This document shows, piece after piece, positions 19,556-28,820 of a stretch of 64,000 nt of DNA. The position numbers and the translations under genes were made by a program. The stretch covers positions 1,952,001-2,016,000 of the forward strand of contig OZ244744.1 of NCBI GenBank assembly GCA_965219455.1, given 5' to 3'. Source of the DNA: Candidatus Latescibacterota bacterium (GTDB taxonomy: Bacteria; Latescibacterota; UBA2968; GCA-2709665). The notes under the pieces are model-generated. The model saw nothing but the letters and a program-made list of their open reading frames with translations, had not been told where the DNA came from and searched no databases. Every line of letters starts with the position of its first letter. Position 1 is the first letter of the stretch.

Positions 19556-21520
19556 CTATTCAATCCACGGGTGGATGCTATGTCCGGCTCCGGGGAACAT
19601 GAACATATCCACGAGAAACGCGCCCGTTATTCCAAGTACGTGCCCCACCAGCAGGCCAAGGAAAAACGGCTGCGCCTGTCTGAACAGCGTATTCCCGCCC
19701 ACGCGAAGGATAACCGATTTGCAGGACCACGCCAGAAACAGCGTCAGTGCGAAATTCCTCACCAGATCCGTCCCCATAATGGCGAACCCCACCGGATGGA
19801 TCGGCCACCACGGAAACCGGTAGCGGAGTAAAGTCAGTAAAGCCATGACCGCGGCGCCGATACCGAAAAACATAATCCGATTCCAGTCGAGCTCGAACGG
19901 CTCCTTGATCTTGCTCACGGTATCCGGAAAATTGTGCACGCCCCCGCAGATGAAGCCGTGTCCGAAATTCTCGGCCCCGCCGGTATAGCCCAGATAGAGC
20001 GTCCCGATGATCACGACCAGGGTCGTCGCCACGAACGACAGACCGACTGCCCAGAACAGCCGCCTTCCCCGATCCCGGATCTGTCCGGCCACCTTGGCCA
20101 CGTGCGACATCTGCGACGTCGAATTCGCGTGAATCGGATAGGAAAACAGGAGCGTGGTCAGGCTCGACGGCGAGACCGCTTTGGCGCCGAGCAGATACAC
20201 CGAAAAGCTCTGCGCCGTCATTGGCCCCTGCACGTACAACAGGCCCGATTCGGCGATGATTCGCGCGACGCCGATGTAGAGAACGAATAACATCGCCACC
20301 AGCGGAATCGCCATCTGCAAGTCCATTCCCGCCCGATTCAGCCACACGACCGTGAATACAATACCCACCACTATCCCCACAACCGCGGTCCGGTACGACA
20401 GCATCTCCCGCGAATCGTCCACGGGATGGTCCGACCGCCACGCCTTCATCGCCACGTCTCTCAGGTGGCGCCTGGCCATCCACAGGCCGAACAACACGAA
20501 GACGCAGAACGCGCCCAGACCCTGCCAGCTTGACGCCGCGTCGTAGGACCCGTACCGGTCGCCTCTACCGCCGATGCTGTAGCCCAGCCGGTTGAAAATC
20601 CCGAACTCCAGGACAAACACCGCGAAAAAGAACCAGACGCTGAACAGCACGTCCAGATTTGCAAAATAGGAAAACGCGATGGAAAACGGGTCTATATAGC
20701 TGAACATCGGCGGCATATCCCGACCGAAGAAGGCATACACCCTGCCCCGGACCGGCATCTCGGGAAAGGCCGGAGAAATCCATGGCAGCGCATTCCAGAA
20801 AATAAATACGAACGCGATCCCCGCACCGAACCAGAACAGCTTTCCGCGGGCGAACTGCGGCCACCATCCGCTGGAATCCGAACCCCTGGCCATCTCCACG
20901 ATCGGTTCCAGCACGGGGAATCGCAGCCGCTCGTGTTCCACCCACTGTTTCCGGAGTACCACCGAAAGAGAAGCCGCGGCAAAAGCCAGCACACAGAACA
21001 GAAGCCCCCACCAGAACATGGGCACGACCCACGCGCCCCATGGAATCGTACCCTGACCACCCGGCAGGCCATTGAAGAGAAGCGTAACGGCGCCGTCCAC
21101 GTCGAGGGGCGCAACCCAGGAAGGCAGGTGGGGTTGAAGGAGGTTGCCCCACTGGTTCTCCGGGGTGGCCAGGTAGTACGGAATTGTTATAAAGGCATAT
21201 AATGCCGCGATGGGAGCGCCGCCCATCAGCCCCATCGCGAAAATCGTCAGTATTTCCGCAAGGTTCAGCCCGCCGGACCGCAGGACCCGCTTCAGGAGAG
21301 GATTCAGGGCGAACAGGACAAGCAGGATCGCAATGAAAAGGGCTGGCGACAGAAAACCGGCCGTCACGCCGGACGACCGGATCACGCGGCTGGAAAAGAT
21401 CCCCCAGCCCTGAATGAACAGGGCCACGCCAAGCCCGATGGCGACCGCACGCACGGTTACGCCCCGTCGTTCCAGGCCCACGGCCGCTTCAGGGTGTGAT
21501 TCCGGCTGCGCTTCCTGCAT
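19556..21520 (-). CDS. DUF6785/DUF6784-like polytopic membrane protein (putative transporter)
   Basis: Paralog of 12829-14796: 'RKQWVEHERLRFP', 'RYRFPWWPIHPVG', 'PFFLGLLVG'. Confidence 0.82.
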   Translation of the reverse strand: MQEAQPESHPEAAVGLERRGVTVRAVAIGLGVALFIQGWGIFSSRVIRSSGVTAGFLSPALFIAILLVLFALNPLLKRVLRSGGLNLAEILTIFAMGLMGGAPIAALYAFITIPYYLATPENQWGNLLQPHLPSWVAPLDVDGAVTLLFNGLPGGQGTIPWGAWVVPMFWWGLLFCVLAFAAASLSVVLRKQWVEHERLRFPVLEPIVEMARGSDSSGWWPQFARGKLFWFGAGIAFVFIFWNALPWISPAFPEMPVRGRVYAFFGRDMPPMFSYIDPFSIAFSYFANLDVLFSVWFFFAVFVLEFGIFNRLGYSIGGRGDRYGSYDAASSWQGLGAFCVFVLFGLWMARRHLRDVAMKAWRSDHPVDDSREMLSYRTAVVGIVVGIVFTVVWLNRAGMDLQMAIPLVAMLFVLYIGVARIIAESGLLYVQGPMTAQSFSVYLLGAKAVSPSSLTTLLFSYPIHANSTSQMSHVAKVAGQIRDRGRRLFWAVGLSFVATTLVVIIGTLYLGYTGGAENFGHGFICGGVHNFPDTVSKIKEPFELDWNRIMFFGIGAAVMALLTLLRYRFPWWPIHPVGFAIMGTDLVRNFALTLFLAWSCKSVILRVGGNTLFRQAQPFFLGLLVGHVLGITGAFLVDMFMFPGAGHSIHPWIE

Positions 21521-21651
21521 AACCGTCTCCCGTTTTACCAGTGTCCCGTCCCGGAAACAGATTGCCGAATTGGCGGCCGCTTTCCCCGTGTCTCATCGGC
21601 CTCGCGGTCTGCCTTCCCACGTGTTGCAGCGCGTGGAAAAGCACAACGCGC

Positions 21652-21679
21652 ATAATATGGAAATATCTCGAAAGTTCAA
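21652..21679 (-). promoter_or_regulatory. Putative sigma70 promoter for the transporter/lyase operon
   Basis: Minus strand TTGAAC-16 bp-TATTAT in an AT-rich patch of the 243-bp intergenic gap. Confidence 0.45.
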
Positions 21680-21763
21680 GGGAAAAGGGGCCCCATGTCG
21701 GAACCCGGCGCCGCGTACCCGGCCGCCACGGCGGCAAACCCGCAACCCGACGTCGAACGGTTT

Positions 21764-24700
21764 TCAGGTTCGCCGCACCAGGCATCTACTCCCGGAATTC
21801 GGAATCGAAATCCGATCGCCCGGCTTGAAGTCCAGAATCTCGAAGCGGCTGCCGGCCCGCAGTCCGGCCACCGATTCCAGACGGAGTTTCTTGAACGCCA
21901 GCAGTTCGACGATCCGTGACATGAACGAACCGTCCTCCGTACGCAGCACCTTTCCTCTGTATTCGCCCTTGTCTCCGCTGTTGTTGAAACCCCACGCAAA
22001 CGCAATCGGCACGTCGCAGACCAGAATGTCCGGGGCCTCCACGGAGACAACCGTCCCTCTGGCCAGCCGGGGGTCGCCGTGCTGCAGAACAAGCAGGGCG
22101 CTTCGCCCGTCCTCGGCGGCCATAACCCGGTAGCCCGAACCGTGGGAATAGGCCGTGTCCCCGGCGTCCGCTTCCACGCGGCACAACCGTCCCTCCAGAG
22201 GCATCCCTTCCGGCAGGCCCCGGTCGATCGAAACGGTCTCCGCATCGGCATCCAACGCCGTGATCCGAGCTTCGAAATGGGTCTGAGGAAGTGTCGTTTC
22301 TGCGTCTCCAAACCGGAGGCGCGTCCCTTCGACCAGATAGAGCGCCACCTCTCCGTCGCGTTCGCGTACGACGCCGAACCGGCCTGTCAGCGCGATGGAA
22401 ACCCCGTTGCGATCCCGGATTTCGATCGAACCGTCCCTCGAATAGAGATGCGTATCCCGCGCGCCGTCCGCCAGTTCGACCCGCACCGCGGCGCTGCCCG
22501 TTTCCGAGTCGCGAGCAAGCACCGTAGTCCCGACCACGTTGCGCGAACCGGAAAACGCCTCGAACACGCCGACGAACAGGCTTTTCAGATCCTGGCCTTC
22601 CCGCCGGACGATCAGGCGATGGATCTGCTGGACGCCTTTCAAATCGGGGCCCTTCGCGGCGATCAGGGTCGCTCCCGGATCAGCGGGTAACCAGACACCG
22701 AAATGGGTATCCCGCGCGTCGCCGAAGCGCCACTGTGCGTACGTATCGCGTTCCAGCGCGGCGGTCTTCACGTCGTGGACGAACGCATACCCGTTTCCGG
22801 GGGGCGACAGCCATCCGTATGGCAACGGGCTTCCGTCCGGAGCGGCCACGCCCTGGATGCGATCGTTGGGACCGATCCGTTCCCCCCAGCTTTTTCCGGG
22901 CGCGTTCGCCTCTTCGGAACCGTCCATGGTCCCCAGCGCCGCCAGCGTCCAGACACCCGCGCGGGCCTCCGGCGACACGCCTTCCAACAAATACGACCCT
23001 GAGTCCCCTTCGAAGAACCTGGGACCGTTCATCGCATAGTCGTGGATGCGCCCTCCGGCCACCAGGAACAGGTCCAGCGTGTAGGACGTCTCCTCGTCCA
23101 CGTCACAAAAGATCAGCGCCCGGCGGTACTCGGTTGCACCCTGGTGGATCCTGGACAGCGGCGCGGAGTACTCCGCGATCTTCACGCCGCCCAGATCCTC
23201 GAAGGCGACCAGGTCCGCGCTCGGAACGAATTCGTAGCCCTGAGACGTGGGAATATCCTCGTCCACGGTTACCATCGCGTGGGAGATCGCCCGCATGCCC
23301 CATCCTTTATGCACGTGCGAACCGGCCAGGGCATAACCCACGTCTTCGATGACCGTGCGGCCCTTGTCGTACAGAAACACCGCCAGCTGGTCGTCCTGCG
23401 ACAACAGATTCGCGCCTCCCCGCACAATCAGCGCGCGCGACCGGTCTCCTGTCCCGCTGCGCAGGACCACCACGCCTTTATGACCGACAAAGGAAGAACC
23501 GCAGGCGGGCTCGGCCCCTTCTTCACCGGCAGGCCCGGGTTCGGAATTAAACAGCGCCCACGTGCCATTGCGGACGTTTTCGGCGGCGCCATCCGACAGA
23601 TCCAGCAGCATTTCCTTCGCCTGCAGCCGTGTCTGCGCGTTATCGCTCCGGAAGTAGAGCCGTTCCAGCAGCGACCAGTGCGAGGGCATCACCTGGCGTT
23701 CCGAGGGCGGCCGGTAACCCGGGAGCGCGTTCGTATTTCCATAGGAGGGGATGCGGCCGCACGCCCGGATCAGTTCCGTGTACTCCAGGCACAACCGGAC
23801 GAGGCGGGGATGATCGAAGGCGTTCTTCATCCCCATCAGCGCCTCCGCCGTCGGGTAATCTTCGAGTGAAGCGTACTTGCCGGGATCGTAGTGATACATC
23901 AGTTCCGCCACGTCCTGCATCAGCGTACCGGAGAAATACGCGTACATCTCGGAGTTCTCGTAGTATCCTCCGTCCCTGCCGAGCACATTATCCAGAAAGG
24001 ACCGGAAAGCCCCTCCCGCCCAGGTAATGAAATCGGGTCTGCCGGTCGCCAGGCCGATGGACAGCAGCGCCCGGAATCCATCCAGTTCGTGATTCTGAAA
24101 ATGCGTGAGATTACCCCCATGCAGATTGTACCCTCCTCCCTCCGTCATCACGTAATCTTCCAGCATGCCCTCGGCGATATTTTCCCTGATGCATATGCGC
24201 CCGTTGCCGCGTGTCGGAGACGGCTCATCCATCCCGTCAAGACCGGAGATCAGGTCGTATGCCTGCATGTCCACGAATCGCTGCCGGTTGACGTGGCACG
24301 TCTCCGCGTGCATGCGCCCCATCTCCCGCTCCTGGCCTTCGGGAATATCCAGCGGACCGATCGTCGTGGGCGCCAGCGTGGCCAGCGCGTCGTAAATCAG
24401 CAGAGCTTTCTCGCCGAACCTGGTCTCGCCGGTAATCGCATAGGCCAGAGCCAGATTCAACAGCGCGTTATCCGTGGGCCCGCCGGACCCGTACGAATAG
24501 GTGCTCAGCATACTCACGACATAGCTGTTCCACACGGGAACCGGCGCGAACCATTTCCCTTCGTAGTAGAAGCCGTGTCCTTCGTCGCTGAACCGGGACC
24601 CCTTCCGGTTCTCCGGATATTCGCGCCCGCAGTCCGCACAGAAAGCCCGCCGGGGCTGTGCCACATCGCACCGCCAGGCCGCCTTGCAGCAGGGGCTCCC

Positions 24701-24940
24701 GTTCCGTCCGCTGCAGAAAATCGACCCGCGGGCCGGCACCAGCGCCAGTATCTCCTCGTCGGACACCCGGACCCACCTCTCCGCAACCGTGCTGATCCGC
24801 TCCCATTCCTTCGCGGCCCACGCCTGCGTACGGATATTCTCCCGGGCCCGGCGAATCCCTTCCTCCGTGTACCAGATTGACCTTCCCGGCCGTGGCACCG
24901 GCGCATTCTGATCGATAGGCAACATAAGCTCCCTTTCCAT
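21764..24940 (-). CDS. Heparinase II/III-like protein with N-terminal Cys cluster
   Basis: 'LALAYAITGE', 'QNHE', 'DGGYYENSEMY', 'QDDQL', 'SHAMVTVD'; N-terminal CC...C...CxxC; no signal peptide. Confidence 0.75.
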   Translation of the reverse strand: MERELMLPIDQNAPVPRPGRSIWYTEEGIRRARENIRTQAWAAKEWERISTVAERWVRVSDEEILALVPARGSIFCSGRNGSPCCKAAWRCDVAQPRRAFCADCGREYPENRKGSRFSDEGHGFYYEGKWFAPVPVWNSYVVSMLSTYSYGSGGPTDNALLNLALAYAITGETRFGEKALLIYDALATLAPTTIGPLDIPEGQEREMGRMHAETCHVNRQRFVDMQAYDLISGLDGMDEPSPTRGNGRICIRENIAEGMLEDYVMTEGGGYNLHGGNLTHFQNHELDGFRALLSIGLATGRPDFITWAGGAFRSFLDNVLGRDGGYYENSEMYAYFSGTLMQDVAELMYHYDPGKYASLEDYPTAEALMGMKNAFDHPRLVRLCLEYTELIRACGRIPSYGNTNALPGYRPPSERQVMPSHWSLLERLYFRSDNAQTRLQAKEMLLDLSDGAAENVRNGTWALFNSEPGPAGEEGAEPACGSSFVGHKGVVVLRSGTGDRSRALIVRGGANLLSQDDQLAVFLYDKGRTVIEDVGYALAGSHVHKGWGMRAISHAMVTVDEDIPTSQGYEFVPSADLVAFEDLGGVKIAEYSAPLSRIHQGATEYRRALIFCDVDEETSYTLDLFLVAGGRIHDYAMNGPRFFEGDSGSYLLEGVSPEARAGVWTLAALGTMDGSEEANAPGKSWGERIGPNDRIQGVAAPDGSPLPYGWLSPPGNGYAFVHDVKTAALERDTYAQWRFGDARDTHFGVWLPADPGATLIAAKGPDLKGVQQIHRLIVRREGQDLKSLFVGVFEAFSGSRNVVGTTVLARDSETGSAAVRVELADGARDTHLYSRDGSIEIRDRNGVSIALTGRFGVVRERDGEVALYLVEGTRLRFGDAETTLPQTHFEARITALDADAETVSIDRGLPEGMPLEGRLCRVEADAGDTAYSHGSGYRVMAAEDGRSALLVLQHGDPRLARGTVVSVEAPDILVCDVPIAFAWGFNNSGDKGEYRGKVLRTEDGSFMSRIVELLAFKKLRLESVAGLRAGSRFEILDFKPGDRISIPNSGSRCLVRRT

Positions 24941-24979
24941 CGAATTTCCTCACATCGCTCCGGACGCCTCGAACGCGCC

Positions 24980-26002
24980 CTAAATGGGTATGGATCTTCC
25001 GGTGCTGGCGGCCTCTCTCGCAGCAAGCGCGATCTTCATGGCGAGTCTGCCGTCCTCACCGGTCGTCAGGGGCGTTTTACCCGCCCGTACGCAACCGATG
25101 AAATGCTCGACTTCGGCCAGCAGCGCCCCCTGAATTCCGCGTTCGGCCATCGGCCACGTAATCGAATCGGCCAACTCGAAGCCGGCGTCCGTAAATACCT
25201 TCAAGGGCTGTGACATAAAGTCGACGTGCAAGACCCCCCGGTCTCCCAGGATCTCGATATTCCGGTCCACGCCGTGAGGATAGGTTCCCGGGTACGCAAA
25301 GGTCTCGTAGAGCGCCGCGATGGACCCATTGGGAAACTTGAACGTCATCACCGCGCAATCCGTGAAATTCTGATCCTTCAGAATGAGTTGGCCCATCTCA
25401 CCGTACACCCGTTCCGGCGCCCCTCCCATCAACCAGCAAACCAGATCGATATTGTGAGGCCCGGCATAGTTCAGAACGCCGCCGGTCTCATCGTCATTCA
25501 CCCAAGCCCTGCCTCTCAGCACGGAAAGCGGATGGCATCGCCTGGCGAACATCATCCTGGGCGTGCCGATCTCGCCCGCCTCGATCCGCCTTTTGGCTTC
25601 GGCGCAGGGATGGCTGTACCGCTCCGTGAATCCGACCATCAGAATCACACCGTTCTCACGCGCTTCTCGTATCATCCGATCCGCCTCTTCGGGAGATCGG
25701 CACATCGGCTTCTCGCACAACACGTGTTTTTTCGCCCGCGCGGCCAGGACCGTGTGCTCGCAGTGAAATTCATCGGGCGTGGCCACGATGATCGCGTGGA
25801 TATCCGGATCCCGCAACATCTCGAGATAGTGGGTGGCCCATCCCGCAACCCCGCAGGATTCCGCCGCCGCCCTCGCAGACTCCTCGTGTCGGGTGCAGAA
25901 CATCCGTACTTCGGCTCCCGCGCACGATCCGATGGCCATGGCGAAATTCCGACCCGCCTTGCCTCCCCCGATAATTCCAATCCCTATGTCGCTCTCACGC
26001 AT
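24980..26002 (-). CDS. Gfo/Idh/MocA family oxidoreductase
   Basis: 'IGIIGGG', 'KHVLCEKPM', 'GGVLNYAGPHNID'; start moved to ATG 26002 (MRESDIG). Confidence 0.92.
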   Translation of the reverse strand: MRESDIGIGIIGGGKAGRNFAMAIGSCAGAEVRMFCTRHEESARAAAESCGVAGWATHYLEMLRDPDIHAIIVATPDEFHCEHTVLAARAKKHVLCEKPMCRSPEEADRMIREARENGVILMVGFTERYSHPCAEAKRRIEAGEIGTPRMMFARRCHPLSVLRGRAWVNDDETGGVLNYAGPHNIDLVCWLMGGAPERVYGEMGQLILKDQNFTDCAVMTFKFPNGSIAALYETFAYPGTYPHGVDRNIEILGDRGVLHVDFMSQPLKVFTDAGFELADSITWPMAERGIQGALLAEVEHFIGCVRAGKTPLTTGEDGRLAMKIALAAREAASTGRSIPI

Positions 26003-26114
26003 GGTGAATCCCCCATCCGCCCGATGCCTCATCAGGAGAACCGTGACGCCCGCGCCGCCCCGACACGACGGCACCTAACGGGTCGTTCGAAAAAGTGCCC
26101 GGCCGCAAATTTTC

Positions 26115-28332
26115 GGAAGTACTGCCGCCAGCACACGGGTAAACCGAACCGTTCCGCATATCATGGCCCCGTCGAAGTGACGACCTTTAGGCTAAGGCTC
26201 TTTGAGCCCTCCAAAAACAGATCGACGTCCTTCTGAGTGGAAACGGTCGCCGCGGGACCCTGCTGCGGAATGCCCCCTCCCAGGCCGCCCGTCAAGACGC
26301 CTAAAAGTCCGCCTTCGGGCAAAGCAGTCGAGTCCGCGGGTGCTTCGAATGGCATGGCGAACATCAGCCGGGCTTTCAATACGACGTTCTTGTCCTCGCC
26401 ATTGACCCTTCCAAAGACGTCGTCCAGCGTCTCCTCGCTCCCGAATCCATCGGAGGGCCCAAACAGGCCGAACAAAGGCGGCGGTCCATCTCCCCCGGCA
26501 ACGTCTTCCGCCAACATCGCAGCCGAACCGGCTTCGAGCCGGTAGACGCCTGCGGGAAACGTATCCGGCACGCTGAGCGTCAATTCGATCACCCGGTCTA
26601 TGCGGCGTCCAACGCGCAACGCGGCGGTAACGGCCAGCATGTCCCCGGGACTTATAACGGTGTCTGCGGTCACTTCAACGATCCTGGCGAAACGGGGCTC
26701 GGGAATCACCTCTACATGGACCCCTGCATCCGTCACCTGCAATGCGTAATCGTCCCTCGTCATCAGATCGGCGAGCGAGGAAGAGAGGTCCGCACCGGCG
26801 TTCCGGACCAGAGAGGCGAGATGTCCCTCGGGGGAGGCGTAGAGACGGGACCGCGCGAGCGTGGAATCGGAGCCGTCAAAGGAGATATCCGCGGTCACGA
26901 GTATACTGTGGTCCGGGTCCTGCTCGACCCGGTTGGAAAGAGGTGTGAAGAACGCACTAACGACGAGAGAGATCGACCTATTAGTGCTCACGCCGACGGT
27001 GGGCATCCTATGCAAGAGCTCCACGACGCCACCCGATGGGAACGTATACACGCTTTTGATCGGCACGAGGTCCGGCCCGTCATCAAGCACGCCGCGAACC
27101 CCGGGCAGGCGGTCTTCGGTGAGCGTGCCGCGCACCGTCGGGTTCAGCGTAGCGAATTTAAACGGCGCGAACACATTGGATATCTCTCCGAGCACTTTTG
27201 CTTCGATTATGGGAAGCGCCACAGGTCCTGCTTCCTGCATGGGATGTCCGAAACCATAGATCCGGTCGCCGTCCACGAAGGAGATGGTTCCCAGGCTGGC
27301 GAAGGTAAGCTCGCCCAGCAGCAAACCCACGGCCAGCGGCCTGCCGGGCGCAAAGCTCGTCTGGCGCTCCCTCGTCAAACCGGCGGCGACCGCGTCGCTC
27401 AGGAGAGACGGACTCCCTTCCGGCGATGGCTGGACACGATTGAGACCGGTACTCAACAGCGGGATGTCCAGGGGGACGATCCGGCTTCCCTCCCACGTAG
27501 CCGCTCGCTTGGCCAGGGGTACCGCCCCCCTGGTGCCGATAACCCATTCCATGGGAGTCGCAAAAAAGTAGTAAGGCGGGCTGTCCTGGGCGTCGAAACC
27601 ATAAGCAATGGCGCCCCACACGCCCTGCTCCGTGAAGATGGGAGAACCGCTCATGCCCTTTGAAATACCTCCCAGGCTTACCAGGACAGAATCGGAGGCT
27701 TCCACCATGTAGACCGGCATGGGAGGCAGGAAATCGTCCACCACCTGGATGAACTTCATTTCCAGGTCCGTGAGCTCGCCATTGGCGAATTCCGTCCGCA
27801 TGAACACACGCGTGCCCGCAGGCGCCGACCGGACCGAGTCGATCGGCACAACCCTTGAAAGATCCCAGGGTTGCAGCTTCCCGGAGGAAACGTTCTTCCC
27901 GTAGTTCCGTGCAAAGATCACAAAGTCCGAAAACCCGATTTCCCCGTCACCGTTCAGATCGAACCTCGCATCATATCCGTCATCGCCCGGACTTAGTCCG
28001 AATTTTGCCGCAAACTGCAAAAAATCACTGAAGCTGACCGTCCCGTCGCCGTCGAAGTCCGGAAGAGACGCGGTGTTATGGTCATGGGAATTGACGGTGA
28101 TCCCTTGTAATGTCGTGCGATCTGCATCCGCGTCCGAACCCGTAGCGACGAATGCCAACAACGCGAAAGCGGAAATTAACACAATATTCTTTTTGGAAAA
28201 CATGTTCCGCGATCCTCCCCGTTGTACGTTGGTGTTAACGCGGCTACATAAAGTGGTTTGGCAAACCTGCTGCCGATATGCCGACCCGTTCCTGACTCAA
28301 AAGGGCTTGTCAAAAAATTGCTGCGGAAACAG
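26115..28332. repeat. Duplicated unit, copy 1 (S55 gene plus flanks)
   Basis: Begins GGAAGTACTGCCGCCAGCACACGGGTAAACC, ends AAAATTGCTGCGGAAACAG; homologous to 28820-31017 including non-coding flanks. Confidence 0.9.
26161..28203 (-). CDS. Secreted SpoIVB-like S55 peptidase with N-terminal dockerin-like double EF-hand
   Basis: Signal peptide; DFDGDGTVSFSDF...DLNGDGEIGFSDF; 'GISKGMSGSPI'; 'GTISFVDGDRIYGFGHPM'. Confidence 0.88.
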   Translation of the reverse strand: MFSKKNIVLISAFALLAFVATGSDADADRTTLQGITVNSHDHNTASLPDFDGDGTVSFSDFLQFAAKFGLSPGDDGYDARFDLNGDGEIGFSDFVIFARNYGKNVSSGKLQPWDLSRVVPIDSVRSAPAGTRVFMRTEFANGELTDLEMKFIQVVDDFLPPMPVYMVEASDSVLVSLGGISKGMSGSPIFTEQGVWGAIAYGFDAQDSPPYYFFATPMEWVIGTRGAVPLAKRAATWEGSRIVPLDIPLLSTGLNRVQPSPEGSPSLLSDAVAAGLTRERQTSFAPGRPLAVGLLLGELTFASLGTISFVDGDRIYGFGHPMQEAGPVALPIIEAKVLGEISNVFAPFKFATLNPTVRGTLTEDRLPGVRGVLDDGPDLVPIKSVYTFPSGGVVELLHRMPTVGVSTNRSISLVVSAFFTPLSNRVEQDPDHSILVTADISFDGSDSTLARSRLYASPEGHLASLVRNAGADLSSSLADLMTRDDYALQVTDAGVHVEVIPEPRFARIVEVTADTVISPGDMLAVTAALRVGRRIDRVIELTLSVPDTFPAGVYRLEAGSAAMLAEDVAGGDGPPPLFGLFGPSDGFGSEETLDDVFGRVNGEDKNVVLKARLMFAMPFEAPADSTALPEGGLLGVLTGGLGGGIPQQGPAATVSTQKDVDLFLEGSKSLSLKVVTSTGP

Positions 28333-28339
28333 TTCGCAT

Positions 28340-28820
28340 CGGTATGTGTCAAGTATTTTGAGACAGCGAGCCCAAAAAATAAGAGTAGAATGTCCGGTGT
28401 CAGATCCTCGGTTTTCGGCTTGTTGATCCAAACGGCGTCAGGTAAGGCCGGCGGTGTGGGCAGGCCTCGCACAAACCGTTCCGGATGTGCCGCGTAGGCC
28501 GCTGTCAACACCCGCTGACAATGCGCGTGAACCTTTGGCGCCTGTCCATAGTGTACCGTTGCAGGGGTCATCAATCCCAATCCCGTGTGATGATGCTTAA
28601 AGTTGTACCACGAAAAGAAGCGGCGTGCCCAACCTCCGACATCTTCGGGACAGCCAAGCCGGTCGGGATAATCAGATCGATACTTCATCGTTTTGAACTG
28701 TGCTTCTGAATACGGGTTGTCATCAGGCACGTGAGGTCTGGCGTGAGATTTGGTCACGCCCAGGTCGGACAATAAAAGCGCCAGGCTTCTGACCGCCATC
28801 GGGCCGCCTCGATCTGAATG
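28340..28820 (-). mobile_element. IS3-family transposase remnant (OrfB C-terminus and probable right end)
   Basis: 'HSDRGGPM...SHARPHVPDDNPYSEAQFKTMKY...WYNFKHHHTGLGLMTPATVHYG...HPERF...WINKP' integrase core, 5'-truncated; candidate terminal IR CTGTCTCAAAATACTTGACACATACCG at 28340-28366. Confidence 0.88.

Noticed and set aside
26070-26160. Integron attC site after the S55 gene (GTTAGGT on the minus strand)
   Set aside because: No complementary RYYYAAC box near the stop codon, no equivalent after copy 2, and no integrase.
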